DNA of 64,000 bases, taken from assembly GCA_038087875.1 (NCBI GenBank), contig CM075995.1, positions 870,001 through 934,000 of the forward strand, written 5' to 3'. The position numbers and the translations under genes were made by a program. Source of the stretch: Malacoraja senta. Taxonomy: Eukaryota. The notes beneath the pieces were generated by a model. It had not been told where the DNA came from. It was given only the letters and a program-made list of their open reading frames with translations, and searched no databases. Each line of letters opens with the position of its first letter. Position 1 is the stretch's first letter. Of the stretch, positions 1 through 12,008 are shown in pieces.

Positions 1-240
1 CACAGAGAGTGGTGAATCTGTGGAATTCTCTGCCACAGAAGGTAGTTGAGGCCAGTTCATTGGCTATATTTAAGAGGGAGTTAGATGTGGCCCTTGTGGC
101 TAAAGGGATCAGGGGGTATGGAGAGAAGGCAGGGATGGGATACTGAGTTGGATAATCAGCCATGATCATATTGAATGGCGGTGCAGGCTCGAAGGGCCGA
201 ATGGCCTACTCCTGTACCTATTTTCTATGTTTCTATGTTT
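1..240 (+). mobile_element. CR1 LINE 3' terminus
   Basis: gtggtgaatctgtggaattctctgcc...gaagggccgaatggcctactcctg, (tctatgtt)n tail. Confidence 0.85.
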
Positions 241-251
241 AATGCGCATAA

Positions 252-744
252 AGAGCCTGTCCCACTGGCGACTGGACCTCCCCCCTACGACAATGTCTAC
301 AACAACCAACCACCTCGTCGACGTCAAGGTACGGCAAGCTACCGACAACCGGCGACACATTAGGACGTCCACCTACGACCGCACCTACGACAACCCACGT
401 CCACCCGCGACAAGCTACGACCCTGTCGGCGACAACTGAAGACAATTCAGTCGCCGGTTGACGTAGGTTGACGTAGGTTGACGTAGGTAGACGCCAATGG
501 AATTCACCAGTTAGCACCGGTGACAAGCCACGACAGCACCTATGTCAGGAGAAGTCAAGCTACGCTCATTGGTGCCAAACCCACTGTTGCCGACTGTCAC
601 CGAAAATAACCCAGTGGTGACGAGAAAGACGCTACGACTCCTTGGGCGACTGAGGGGACTACTCACGACCATACAGGCGACATCCCGGCGACCATGTGGT
701 GACAGCCTAGTCACATAAAAAATAGCCTAAGCAGGACAGGCCCT
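252..744. mobile_element. PIF/Harbinger-type MITE
   Basis: TIRs agagcctgtcccact / ggacaggccct; TAA at 249-251 and 745-747; internal (gttgacgtag)x3; CpG-rich. Confidence 0.75.
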
Positions 745-1897
745 TAAGAGATGGGAGCAGAATTAGGCCATTCGGCCCATCAAGTCTACTCCGCCATTCA
801 ATCATGGCTGATCTATCTTTCCCTTTCAACCCCATTCTCCTGCCTTCTCCTCGTAATCCCTGACATCGGAACTAATCAAGAATCTATCAATCCCTGCCTT
901 AAATATATCCATTGACTTGGCAATAGACAATAGACAATAGGTGCAGGAGCAGGCCATTCGGCCCTAGGAGCCAGCACCGCCATTCAATGTGATCATGGCT
1001 GATCATCCCCAATCAGTACCCCGTTCCTACCTTCTCCCCATATCCCCTGACCGCTATTCTTAAGAGCCCTATCTAGCTCTCTCTTGAAAGCATCCAGAGA
1101 ATCTGCCTCCTCCGCCCTCTGAGGCAAAGAATTCCACAGACTCACTCACCACTCTCTGTGAGAAAAAGTGTTTCCTCGTCTCCGTTCTAAATGGCTTACT
1201 CCTTAGTCTTAAACTGTGGCCCCTGGTTCTGGAAAGCCACAGCCACAACAAAAGCTTTCCACTGTACCTCAGTACACCTGACAATAATAAACGAAACTAA
1301 ACCAGTTAGATTCCGCTCTTAGGGCTGAAGGAATGGGGGGATATGGGGAAATAGCAGGAACGGGGAACTGATTTTAGATTGTCAGCCTTGATCATATTGA
1401 ATGGGGGTGGGAGATTGCAACCTTCACGTGGTCCGCCCTGTTTCGACGAATGCAATCAACTGCACAGTCAAATAAGATCAAATAGAACAAGTTGTCCGAC
1501 AACTTTAGGCTGTGCACACCATACGCAAGAAGAAGAAGCTCATATTGAATAATTCGCTCAAAGGGCCGAATGGCCTACTGCTGCACCTATTTTTCTATGT
1601 TTCTGTTTCTAATCTGTGGCAATGAATTCCTCAGATTCGCCACCCTCTGACTAAAGAAATCCCTCCCCATCTTTATTCGGACTTCACTTTGGACTATGCC
1701 TTATTCCCTTTATCCTGCATCTGTACACTGTGGACGGCACGATTGCAATCATGTACAGTCTTTCCGCCGACTGGATAGCGCGCGACTAAAAGCTTTTCAC
1801 TGTACCCGTCTCTGTTAACACATGGTCAACGACTACATAGAAATCAATGAGATATTTGTTTCTGCTTCCACATACAGCGGATGGAAATGACACGTAC

Positions 1898-2055
1898 CAG
1901 TATAGTGTGGACCTCGTGCCAGTCCTCACTGTGGGACTGATTTAGGATCCCTTGTACGAGAAGTTCTTGCAGAATCTCGGCTGATCTTGGTCTCTCCCTG
2001 ATTTCATTTATTGGCCCATTCTTCTTCAGTAAGCTGCTCGCGGTAAGTGCTAAAT
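1898..2055 (-). CDS. STMND1: Exon of a stathmin domain-containing 1 (STMND1)-like gene
   Basis: tttctccag|...CTG|gtacgt; 158 nt, phase 1-0; DLALTASSLLKKNGPINEIRERPRSAEILQELLVQGILNQSHSEDWHEVHTIL resembles recalled human STMND1 [29 protein letters not shown]..YDVTL; orthology versus paralogy unresolved. Confidence 0.75.
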
Positions 2056-2193
2056 CTGGAGAAAGAAACACAGTGTCGGGGGAAACGAGATCAATCACCG
2101 CTCAACTTATTTCAGATGGACCCGACAAACACGAGAGCTCAGATTCAAGCCCGGGGCTCTGGCGCCGTGAGGCAGCAGCTCTACCAGCTACAC

Positions 2194-2940
2194 AATAGAC
2201 AATAGACAATAGACAATAGGTGCAGGAGTAGGCCATTCGGCCCTTCGAGCCAGCACCACCATTCAATGTGATCATGGCTGATCATCCCCAATCAGTACCC
2301 CGTTCCTGCCTTCTCCCCATATCCCGACTCCGCTATCTTCAAGAGGCCTATCCAGCTCTCTCTTGAAAGTATCCAGAGAACCGGACTCCACCACCCTCTG
2401 AGGCAGAGAATTCCACAGACTCACAACTCTCTATGTGAAAAAGTGTTTCCTCATCTCCATTTTAAATGGCTTATTCTTAAACTGTGGCCCCTGGTTCTGG
2501 ACTCCCCCAACATCGGGAACATGTTTCCTGCCGCTAGCCTGTCCAAACCCTTAATAATCTTATATGATTCAATAAGATGCCCTCTCATCCTTCTAAATTC
2601 CAGAGTGTACAAGCCCAGCCGCTCCATTCTCTCAGCATATCCTGCCATCCCTGGAATTAACCTTGTGAACCTACGCTGCACGCTGCACTCCCTCAATAGC
2701 AAGAATGTCCTTCCTCAAATTTGGAGACCAAAACTGCACACAATACTCCAGGCGTGGTCTGACCAGGGCCCTGTACAACTGCAGGAGGACCTCTTTGCTC
2801 CTATACTCAACTCCTCTTGTTATGAAGGCCAACATGCCATTCGCTTTCTTCACTGCCTGCTGCACCTGCATGCTTACTTTCATTGACTGATAAACAGGGA
2901 TCCTCAGATCCCGTTGTACTTCCCCTTTTCCCAACTTTAC
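2194..2940 (-). mobile_element. CR1 LINE 3' end
   Basis: KANGMLAFI..LEYCVQFWSP..SRTRGHSL; (caataga)n tail on plus. Confidence 0.9.
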
Positions 2941-5242
2941 ACCCCGGTGCAAAAAATAATTTTCTTTCAAATTCCTATCTACCTTCCATGTGAACAGCAT
3001 CTCATATTTCTCTTGGGCAGCTTACAGCCCAGTGGTATGAATATTGATTTTTCTATCTTTCAGACATTCCCTCTCTCTCTATCCCTCCTCCCCCACCCAA
3101 GTCGCACCAGCTTCTCATTTTCACCCAACAAACCAGCTAGCAATGGCCTGTGTCCTTTATAATCGTTACGTTTTTTGCATATCTTTCCCTCATTGTTCTT
3201 TATTCTTTATGACTAATGCATGAGGAAATTAACATCTGCAGTGGGCCGAACCTCAAATTAAGATTATTGTTCCACTTGTACGGAGTTGTGGCCAGGAACC
3301 TTCTGGAATACGGTGCTCAGTTTTGGACACCACGTCTCATAGAAACATAGAAAATAGGTGCAGGAGTAGGCCATTCGGCCCTTGCGAGCCAGCACCGCCA
3401 TTCAATATGATCATAGCTGATCATCCCCAATCAGTACCCCGTTCCTGCTTTCTCCCCATATCCCTTGATTCTGTTAGCCCTAAGAGCTAAATCTAATTTT
3501 CTCTTGAATACATCCAGTGAATTGGCCTCCACTACCTTCTGTGGCAGAGAATTCCACAGATTCACAACTCTCTGGGTGAAAAAGTATTTCCTCATCGCAG
3601 TCCTAAACTGTGACCCCTGGTTCTGGACTCCGCCTGTGCAATCCCTTAAGAATTTTATATGTTTCTAGAAAATTCCCTCTCATCCTTCTAAATTCCAATG
3701 AATATAAGTCCAGTCAACCCGTTCTTTCAGCATATGTCAGTGGCCGATTTACCAAGGAGAGACACAAAGTACTGGAGTAACTCAGCGGGTCAGGCAGCAT
3801 CCCTGGAGGTCATGGACAGGTGAGGTTTCGGGTCGGGCCCTTCTTCAGACTCAGGAAATATTGGGCTTGGAGTAGGTATAGCATGGATACAACTGAATGG
3901 CAATGTGGCTCAAAGGGTTAATATATGAAGACAGGTGGGTGGCAGGGTGGCCTAACGGTAGAGTTGCTGCCTTACAGCACCGGAGACCCGGGTTCGATCC
4001 TGACGACGGAAGCTGTCTGTATGGAGTTTGTACAGATTCACCACCCTCTGACTAAAGAAATTCCTCCTCATCACCTTTCTAAAGGTCGGCCCTTTTATAC
4101 TGAGGCGATGGCGTTCTGAAGCATCTCTGCAGAAAAAGGACGGGTGGCGTTTCGGGTCGGGACCCTTCTTGACACTGAAAGTAAAGGGGAGGGGGAACTG
4201 GAGGTAGTTAAAGGCCAGACCAAAACAGGGTCGACAACAGATGACCAAGGAAGGGTGGAGCCCACAATGGCCACATTTGTTGGCTGGGGAAGAGGTGATA
4301 ACGAAGGATGCGAACAGTGGAACTGGTAGGACGACTAGGGTGGGGGAGAGAGGGAATGCAGGGGTGTGTTGATCGGGTGACATAAGCACTTCACAAGGCA
4401 AGGAAAATTATCTATCTCAGCTATTAACCACTACCTCAGCAATTATGATCTTCCATGGAGGAATCAGTTGTTGTTTTTTTAGTTTAGTTTAGAGATACAG
4501 CGTGGAAACAGGCCCTTCAGCCCGCCGGGTCCACGCTGACCAGCGATTACCCCCGCACACCAACACTATCGTTCACACACACTAGGGACAAGTTACAATT
4601 TTACCAAGCCAATTAACATACAGACCTACAATTAACCTGTAGGTAGATAAAAATGCTGGAGAAACTCAGTGGGTGAGGCAGCATCTATGGAGCGAAGGAA
4701 TAGGCGACGTTTCGGGTCGAGACCCTTCTTGAGACTGGTATGGAGGTCGAGGGGGCAGGAAGAAGAAAGGAAGAGGCGGAGACAGTGGGCTGTGGGGGAG
4801 CTGGGGAGGGGTGGGGAGGGAGGGAGAAAGCAAGGACTACCTGAATGTTCCCGATGTTGGGGGAGTCCAGAACCAGGGGCCACAGTTTAAGAATAAGGAG
4901 TAAGCCATTTAGAACGGAGACGAGGAAACACTTTTTCTCACAGAGAGTGGTGAGTCTGTGGAATTCTCTGCCTCAGAGGGCGGTGGAGGCAGGTTCTCTG
5001 GATGCTTTCAAGAGAGAGCTAGATAGGGCTCTTAAAAATAGCGGAGTCAGGGGATATGGGGAGAAGGCAGGAACGGGGTACTGATTGGGGATGATCAGCC
5101 ATGATCATATTGAATGGCGGTGCAGGCTCGAAGGGCCGAATGGCCTACTCCTGCACCTATTTTCTATGTTTCTATGAATGGCGGTGCTGGCTCGAAGGGC
5201 CGAATGGCCTATTCCTGCACCTATTGTCTATTGTCTATTGTC

Positions 5243-5450
5243 TGAAATTGGAGAAGTCAATGTTCATACCGCTGGGGTGTAAACTGCCCAAGCGAAATAT
5301 GAGGTGCTGCTCCTCCAATTTGCGGTTGTCCTCACTCTGGCCGTGGAGGAGGCTACGCTTAGTCTCACCGATGTAGAGCAGCTGACACCTTGAGCAGAGG
5401 ATGCAATAGATGAGGTTGGAGTAGGAGCAGGTGAACCTCTGCCTCACCTG
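5243..5450 (-). mobile_element. Penelope-like GIY-YIG fragment
   Basis: NLIYCILCSRCQLLYIGETKR..KLEEQHLIFRLGSLHPSGMNIDF. Confidence 0.8.
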
Positions 5451-5875
5451 TATGTCTTTGGAGGAAACCGGAGCACCCGGAGAAAACGCTCGCTGGTCAG
5501 GGGGGGAAAGTACGTACATGTCTGAAGGTTCCCGACCCAAGACGTCACCTATCCATGTTCTCCAGAGATGATACCTGACCCGCTGAGTCACTCTAGCATT
5601 TTATGCCCTTTGATGATCTTCTACGAGCTGCGTATTTAGACTTTGGTTTTGCACTGTTATGTCCACCTAGGATTACTGCTCCTAATTTATTGAATTTTTG
5701 CTTACCACATATTTATTTGTGTGTTTTTGCATTAATGGGCCCGTTCAGCTGCAGCAAGTCAGGATGGCGCAGCGTTCGAGTTGCTGCCTCACAGCGCCAG
5801 AGACCCAGGTTCCATCCTGACTACGGGTGATGTCTGTACAGAGTACATACAGAGAACAGCACCGCCATTCAATAG

Positions 5876-6183
5876 GCGGTCATGGTGGCGCAGCGGTATA
5901 GTTGCTGCCTTACAGTGAATGTAGCGCTGGAGACCCGGGTTCGATCCTGACTACGGGGCGCTGTCTGTACGTTCTCTACGCTCTCCCCGTGATCTGCGTG
6001 GGTTTTCTCCGAGATCTTTGGATTCCTCCCACACTCCAAAGACGTACAGGTTTGTAGGTTAATTGGCTTGGTAAATGTTTAAAAAGTTTGTCCCTAGTGG
6101 GTGTAGGATTGTGTTAATGTGCGGGGATTGCTGGTCCGCGCGGACCCGGTGGGCCTGTTTCCGCACTGTATCTCTAAACTAAA
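5876..6183 (+). mobile_element. tRNA-derived HE1-type V-SINE
   Basis: A box tggcgcagcgg, B box ggttcgatcc, central cctcccacactccaaagacgtacagg, (aaact)n tail. Confidence 0.85.
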
Positions 6184-8212
6184 ATATGATCATGGCTGAT
6201 CATCCAAAATCAGTACCCCGTTCTGGCATTTTCCCCACATCCCTTGATTCCCTTAGCTCTAAGAACTAATCTCTCTCTTGAAAATATCCAGTGAATTGGC
6301 CTCCACTGCCTTCTGTGGCAGAGAATTCCACAGATTCACGACTCTCTGGGTGAAAACGTTTTTCCCCATCTCAGTCCTAAATGGCCGACCCCTTATTCTT
6401 AAACTGTGACCCCTGGTTCTTGACTCCCCCAACATCGCGAAATTTTTTCCTGCATCTACCCTGTCCAATCCTCTAGCAATTTTCTATGTTTCTATAAGTT
6501 CCCCTCTCATCATAAATTCCAGCGAATCCAAGCCCAGTCAACCTATTCTTTCATCATATGTCATATGTCATTATTTCATCATCTGCCAGTCCCGCCATCC
6601 TGGGAATTAACCTGGTAAACCTACGCTGCACTCCTTCAAATTTGGAGACCAAAATTGCACACAATATTCCATGTACTGTCTCAACATGGCCCTGTACAAC
6701 TGCAGTAGGTTCTCCTTGCTCCTAAACTCAAATCCTCTCGCAATGAAGGCCAGCATGCCATTAGCTTACTTCACTGCCTGCTGTACCTGCATGCTTACTT
6801 TCAGTGACTGATGTACAAGCACATGCAGGTCTCGTTGCACCTCCCCTTCCCCTAATCTGACACCATTCAGATAATAATCTGCCTTCTGTCTTGCATCAAA
6901 GTGGATAGATAACCTCACATTATACTGCATCCACTCACCCAACCAATCCAAGTCACCCTGCAGCCTCATAGCATCCTCCTCGCAGCTCACACTGCCACCT
7001 AGCTTTGTGTTATCTACAAACTTAAAGATGTTACATTTAATTCCCTCGTCTAAATCGTTAATATATATTGTAAATAACTGGGGTCCCAGCACCGAGCCTT
7101 GCGGCACCCCACTAGTCACTGCCTGCCATTCTGAAAAGGACCCGTTAATTCCTACTCTTTGCTTCCTGTCTGCCAACCAGTTCTCTATCCATGTCAATAC
7201 CCTGTGCTCTAATTTTGCACACTGATCTCTTGTGTGGGACCTTGTCAAAGGCTTTTTGAAAGTCCAGATACACCATGTCCACTGGCTCTCCCTTATCCAT
7301 TCTACTTACATCTTCAAAAAATTCCAAAGATTAGTGAAGCATGATTTCCCCTTCATAAATCCATGCTGACTTTGACCGATCATGTCACTGCTTTCCAAAT
7401 GCGCTGCTATAACATCTTTAATAATCGACTCAAGCATCTTCCCCACTGCCGATGTAAGACTAACTGGTCCGTAATTCCCTGTTTTCACTCTCCCTCCTTT
7501 CTTAAAGTGGAGTTACATTGGTCAACCTCCAATCCACAGGAACTGATCCAGAGTCCAGTGAACATTGGAAAATGATCACCAATGCATCCACGATTTCTAG
7601 GGCCACCTCATTGCATACTCTGGGATGCAGACCATCAGGCCCTGGAGATTTATCTGCCCTTCAGTCCCAACAGTTTACCTAACACCATTTTCTGACTAAT
7701 GTGGATTCCCTTCAGTTCCCCCCTTCCACTAGATCCTCGGTCACCCTAGTATTTCCGGGATATTTTTTGTGTCTTCCTAAGTGAAGACCAGAACCAAAGT
7801 ACTCGTTTAACTGTTCTGCTATTTCCTTTTTTCCCATTATAAATTCACCTGTCTCTGACTGTATGGGACCTACATCCATCTTCACTAATCTTTTCCTTTT
7901 TACATATATAAAGAAGCTTTTACAGTCAGTTTTATATTCCCTGCAAACTTTCTTTCATGCTCTTTTTCCCCCCTCTTAATTAACCCCTTTCTCCTCCTCT
8001 GTTGAGTTCTAAATTTCTCCCAGTCCTCTGGTTTGCCACTTCTTCTGACCAATTTATATGCCTCTTCCTTGGATTTAACACTATCCTTGACTTCCCTCGT
8101 CAGCCACGGTTGAGCCGCCTTCCCAGTTTTATTTTTTCGCCAGGCAGGGATGAACAATTCTGGAGTTCATCCACGCGGTCTTTAAATCTTCGCCATTGCA
8201 TCTCCACTGTCA
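6184..8212 (-). mobile_element. CR1 LINE ORF2 fragment
   Basis: YLDFQKAFDKVPH, VTSGVPQGSVLGP, SRTRGHSL motifs with stops and frameshifts. Confidence 0.92.
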
Positions 8213-8489
8213 AGTATAATTTGCCACCCAACAATTCCCAAGGAATAGAGACCCAGTCTACTCAACGTCTCCCTATAGCTCACACCCTCTAGTCCCGGTA
8301 GGGTAGCGTTAGTGTGCGGGGATCGCTGGTCAGCGCAGACTCGGTGGGCTGAACGGGCCTGTTTCTGCGCTGTGTCTCCAAACTAAACTAAATGTCAGAA
8401 TTTCATTGTTCTATTGCTGGGACATAACAATTAAACACTTGTGACTCTTGACTAGTTATAAACCATTGGTGTGTATTTCGGAAGTATAA

Positions 8490-8965
8490 ACTTGAAAGGG
8501 TTTTAGAGAAGATTTACGAGGATGTTGCCAGGACTAGAGGGTGTGAGCTATAGGGAGAGGTTGACTAGGCTGGGTCTCTATTCCATGGAGCGTAGGAGGA
8601 TGAGGGGTGATCTTATAGAGGTGTACAAAATCATGAGAGGAATAGATCGGGTAGATGCACAGAGTCTCTTGCATAGAGTAGGGGAATCGAGGACCAGAGG
8701 ACATAGGTTCAAGGTGAAGGGGAAAAGATTTAATAGGAATCCGAGGGGTAACCTTTTGACACAAAGCGTGGTGGGTGTATGGAACAAGCTGCCAGGTGAG
8801 GTAGTTGAGGCTGGGACTATCCCAACGTTTAAGAACAGTTAGACAGGTACATGGATAGGACAGGTTTGGAGGGATATGGACCAAGCGCAGGCAGGTGGGA
8901 CAAGAGTAGCTGGGACATGTTGGCCGGTGTGGGCAAGTTGGCTGAAGGGCCTGATTCCACACTGT
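8490..8965 (+). mobile_element. CR1 LINE 3' end (second subfamily)
   Basis: RERLTRLGLYSMERRRMRGDLIEVYKIMRG..SRTRGHRFK. Confidence 0.88.
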
Positions 8966-11127
8966 AGTGTTATGTAATGAACCGGATTTGATAAAGGAAC
9001 TTGAGGTTAAGGAGCCATTAGGAGGTAGTGACCATAATATGGTCAAGTTTAATCTACAATTGGAGAGGGAGAAGGGTAAATTGGAGGTGTCAGTGTTACA
9101 GTTGAATAAAGGGGACTATGGAGCCATGAGGGAGGAGCTGGCTAAAGTTGACTGGAAAGATACCTTGGCAGGGATGACAGTGGAACAACAATGGCACGTA
9201 TTTCTGGGAATAATACAGAAGGTGCAGATCAGTTCATTCCAAAGAGGAGAAGGGGAGTAAGGGGCGACCATGGCTGACAAGGGACGTCAGGGACAGGATA
9301 AAAATAAAAGAGAAGAAGTACAACGTAGCAAAGATGAGCGGGTAGCAAGAGGATTGGGTAATGTTTAAAGAGCAACAGAAGATAACTAAAAAGGCAATAC
9401 GGGGAGAAAAGATGAGGTACGAAGGTAGGCGAGCCAAGAATATAAAGGAGGATAGTAAAAGCTTCTTTAGGTATGTGAAGAGGAAAAAATTAGTTAAGAC
9501 CAAAGTTGGACCCTTGAAGACTGACAAAGGTGAATTTATTATGGGGAACAAGGAAATGGCAGATGAGTTGAACAGGTACTTTGGATCCGTCTTCACGAAG
9601 GAGGACACAAACAATCTTCCTGATATAGTAGTGGCCAGAGGATCTGGGGGTGATGGAGGAACTGAAGGAAATCCACATTAGGCAGGAATGGTGTTGGGAG
9701 ACTGGTGGGACTGAAGGTTGATAAATCCCCAGGGCCTGATGGTCTGCATCCCAGGGTACTTAAGGAAGTGGCTCTAGAAATCGTGGACACATTGGTGATA
9801 ATTTTCCAATGTTCTGTAGATTCAGGATCAGTTCCTGTGGATTGGAGGGTAGCTAATGTTATCCCACTTTTTAAGAAAGGCGGGAGAGAGACCAGTTAGC
9901 CTGACATCGGTGGTGGGGAAGATGCTGGAGTCAATCATAAAAGATGAGATAGCCGCACATTTGGATAGCAGTAACAAGATCGGTCCGAGTCAGCATGGAT
10001 TTACGAAGGGCAAATCATGCTAGACTAATCTTCTGGAATTTTTTGATAATGTCCCACATAGGAGATTAGTGGGCAAAATTAGGGCACATGGTATTGGGGG
10101 CACATGGATAGAAAATTGGTTGGCAAACAGGAAACAAAGAGTAGGGATTAACGGGTCCCTTTCAGAATGGCAGACAGTGACTAGTGGGGTACCGCAAGGC
10201 TCGTCCTGGACCGCAGCTATTTACAAAATACATCAATGATTTAGATAAAGAGATTCAAAGTAACATTAGCAAATTTGCAGATGACACAAAGCTGAGTGGC
10301 AGTGTGAACTGTGAGGAGAATGCTATGAGAATGCAGGGTAACTTGGACAGGTTGGGTGAGTGGGCAGATGCATGGCAGATGCAGTTTAATGTGGATAAAT
10401 GTGAGGTTATCCACTTTGGTAGCAAAAACAGGAATGCAACTTTCTGTGTGAAGAAGGTACAGCAGGCAGTGAAGAAAGCGAATGGCATGTTGGCCTTTAT
10501 AACAAGAGTTGAGTATAGGAGCAAAGAGGTCCTTCTGCAGTTGTATATGGCCCTAGTGAGACCACACCTGGAGTATTGTGTGCAGTTTTGGTCCCCTAAT
10601 TTGAGGAAGGACATTCTTGCTATTGAGGGAGTGCAACATAGGTTTACAAGGTTAATTCCCGGGATGGCGGGACTGTCATATGCTGAGAGAATGGACAGAC
10701 TGGGCTTGTACACTCTGGAGTTTAGAAGCATGAGAGGCAATCTTATTGTAACATATAAGATTATTAAGGGTTTGGACATGCTAGAAGCAGGAAACATGTT
10801 CCCGATGTTGGGGGAGTCCAGAACCAGGGGCCATAGTTTAAGAATAGGGGGTGTAAGCCATTTAGAACTGAGACGAGGAAACACTTCTTCACACAGAGAG
10901 TTGTGAATCTGTGGAATTCTCTGCCTCAGAGGGCGGTGGAGGCCGGTTCTCTGGATACTTTCAAGAGAGAGCTAGATAGGGCTCTTAAAGATAGTGGAGT
11001 CAGGGGATATGGGAGAAAGCAGGAACGGGGTACTGATTGGGGATGATCAGCCATGATCACATTGAATGGGCAGTGCTGGCTTGAAGGGCCGAATGGCCTA
11101 CTCCTGCACCTATTGTCTATTGTCTAT
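8966..11127 (+). mobile_element. CR1 (HER1-type) LINE, 5'-truncated and degenerate
   Basis: EPLGGSDHN, KSPGPDGLHP, PVSLTS, QHGF, KFADDTKL, RPHLEYCVQFWSP, SRTRGHSL; (ttgtcta)n tail. Confidence 0.92.
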
Positions 11128-11183
11128 CACTCTATGACTCTACAACACCTTCCAGTCATTACATTAATGGGATCACTCCCTAC

Positions 11184-11345
11184 CATCATTAAATCCATTT
11201 CGCAGTACTGTCCCATTTGTTTTCCTTAAAGGTGGCAAGGACTGCTGCACTGCTCGGGTAATGTTATTAACTCCTCCTCTGATATCCTGGATCTATGAAA
11301 ATCATCAGCTACATTCAATTTGCTGCTTCTCCTATTGTTCTTAAT
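11184..11345 (-). CDS. STMND1: Upstream exon of the STMND1-like gene (acceptor ambiguous; possible 1-nt frameshift)
   Basis: Unique sequence between repeats; phase-1 donor G|gtaggg matches the 1898-2055 exon; ends ...AVQQSLPPLRKTNGTVLRNGFND. Acceptors at 11345 (ttttcccttttag) and 11292 (tttcatag). Confidence 0.55.
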
Positions 11346-11515
11346 CTAAAAGGGAAAATAAAAGATTTTGTTTCAATTCATGCATTTGATCTCGACGCAT
11401 TTTATTGCACACTAAACTATTCTAATTTGCACGGCCAATACCTGTGAAGAAGGTTCGCGACCCGAAAACGTCACCCAATTCCTTCTCTCCAGAGATGCTG
11501 CCCGTCCCCACTGAG

Positions 11516-12008
11516 TTTTTTTTTTTTTTTTTAATATTTATTTTATTAGAAGCAATTGTACAAGGAGAAAGTAATCGACATAACAATTATACAATTTTTG
11601 TTCAGCTTCAGTTTTAACATTTTATAAACTAATAAGTAAATCGGAAAAAAAAGAAAAAAAAGGAAAGAAGGGAAAGGAAGAAGAAAGAAAAAAGAAAAGA
11701 ATTTCGAAAAAGATACGAAAAAGAAAAAAGAAAACCCCTGAACTAATGAAGAAGTGAAAAAAAAAATGGAGATATATCGCACGCCCTACGCCCGCTCACC
11801 CGACCCTAGTGTCGGTTTTGAATTTGTGTTCAACCATTATGTTGTTGAGAAGTTCAATGAAAGGAGACCATATTTTGGAAAATTGATCTGATTTGTCAGA
11901 CAAAACAAGCCTTACTTTTACTAAAGATAGTGTCTCGGTCATTTCTGTAATCCACATCTTCACTGTGGGAACTGTTATCTTTTTCCAGAATTTAAGTATG
12001 TTTTTTCT
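11516..12008 (-). mobile_element. 5'-truncated L1-clade LINE (ORF2 C-terminus, 3'UTR, poly(A))
   Basis: ILKFWKKITVPTVKMWITEM...QFSKIWSPFIELL; aataaa then poly(A) on the minus strand; TSD-like gtccc(c)actgagtt at 11504-11517 and 12009-12021. Confidence 0.8.

Noticed and set aside
5876..5950. tRNA-like A and B boxes
   Set aside because: Head of a tRNA-derived SINE; no complete cloverleaf
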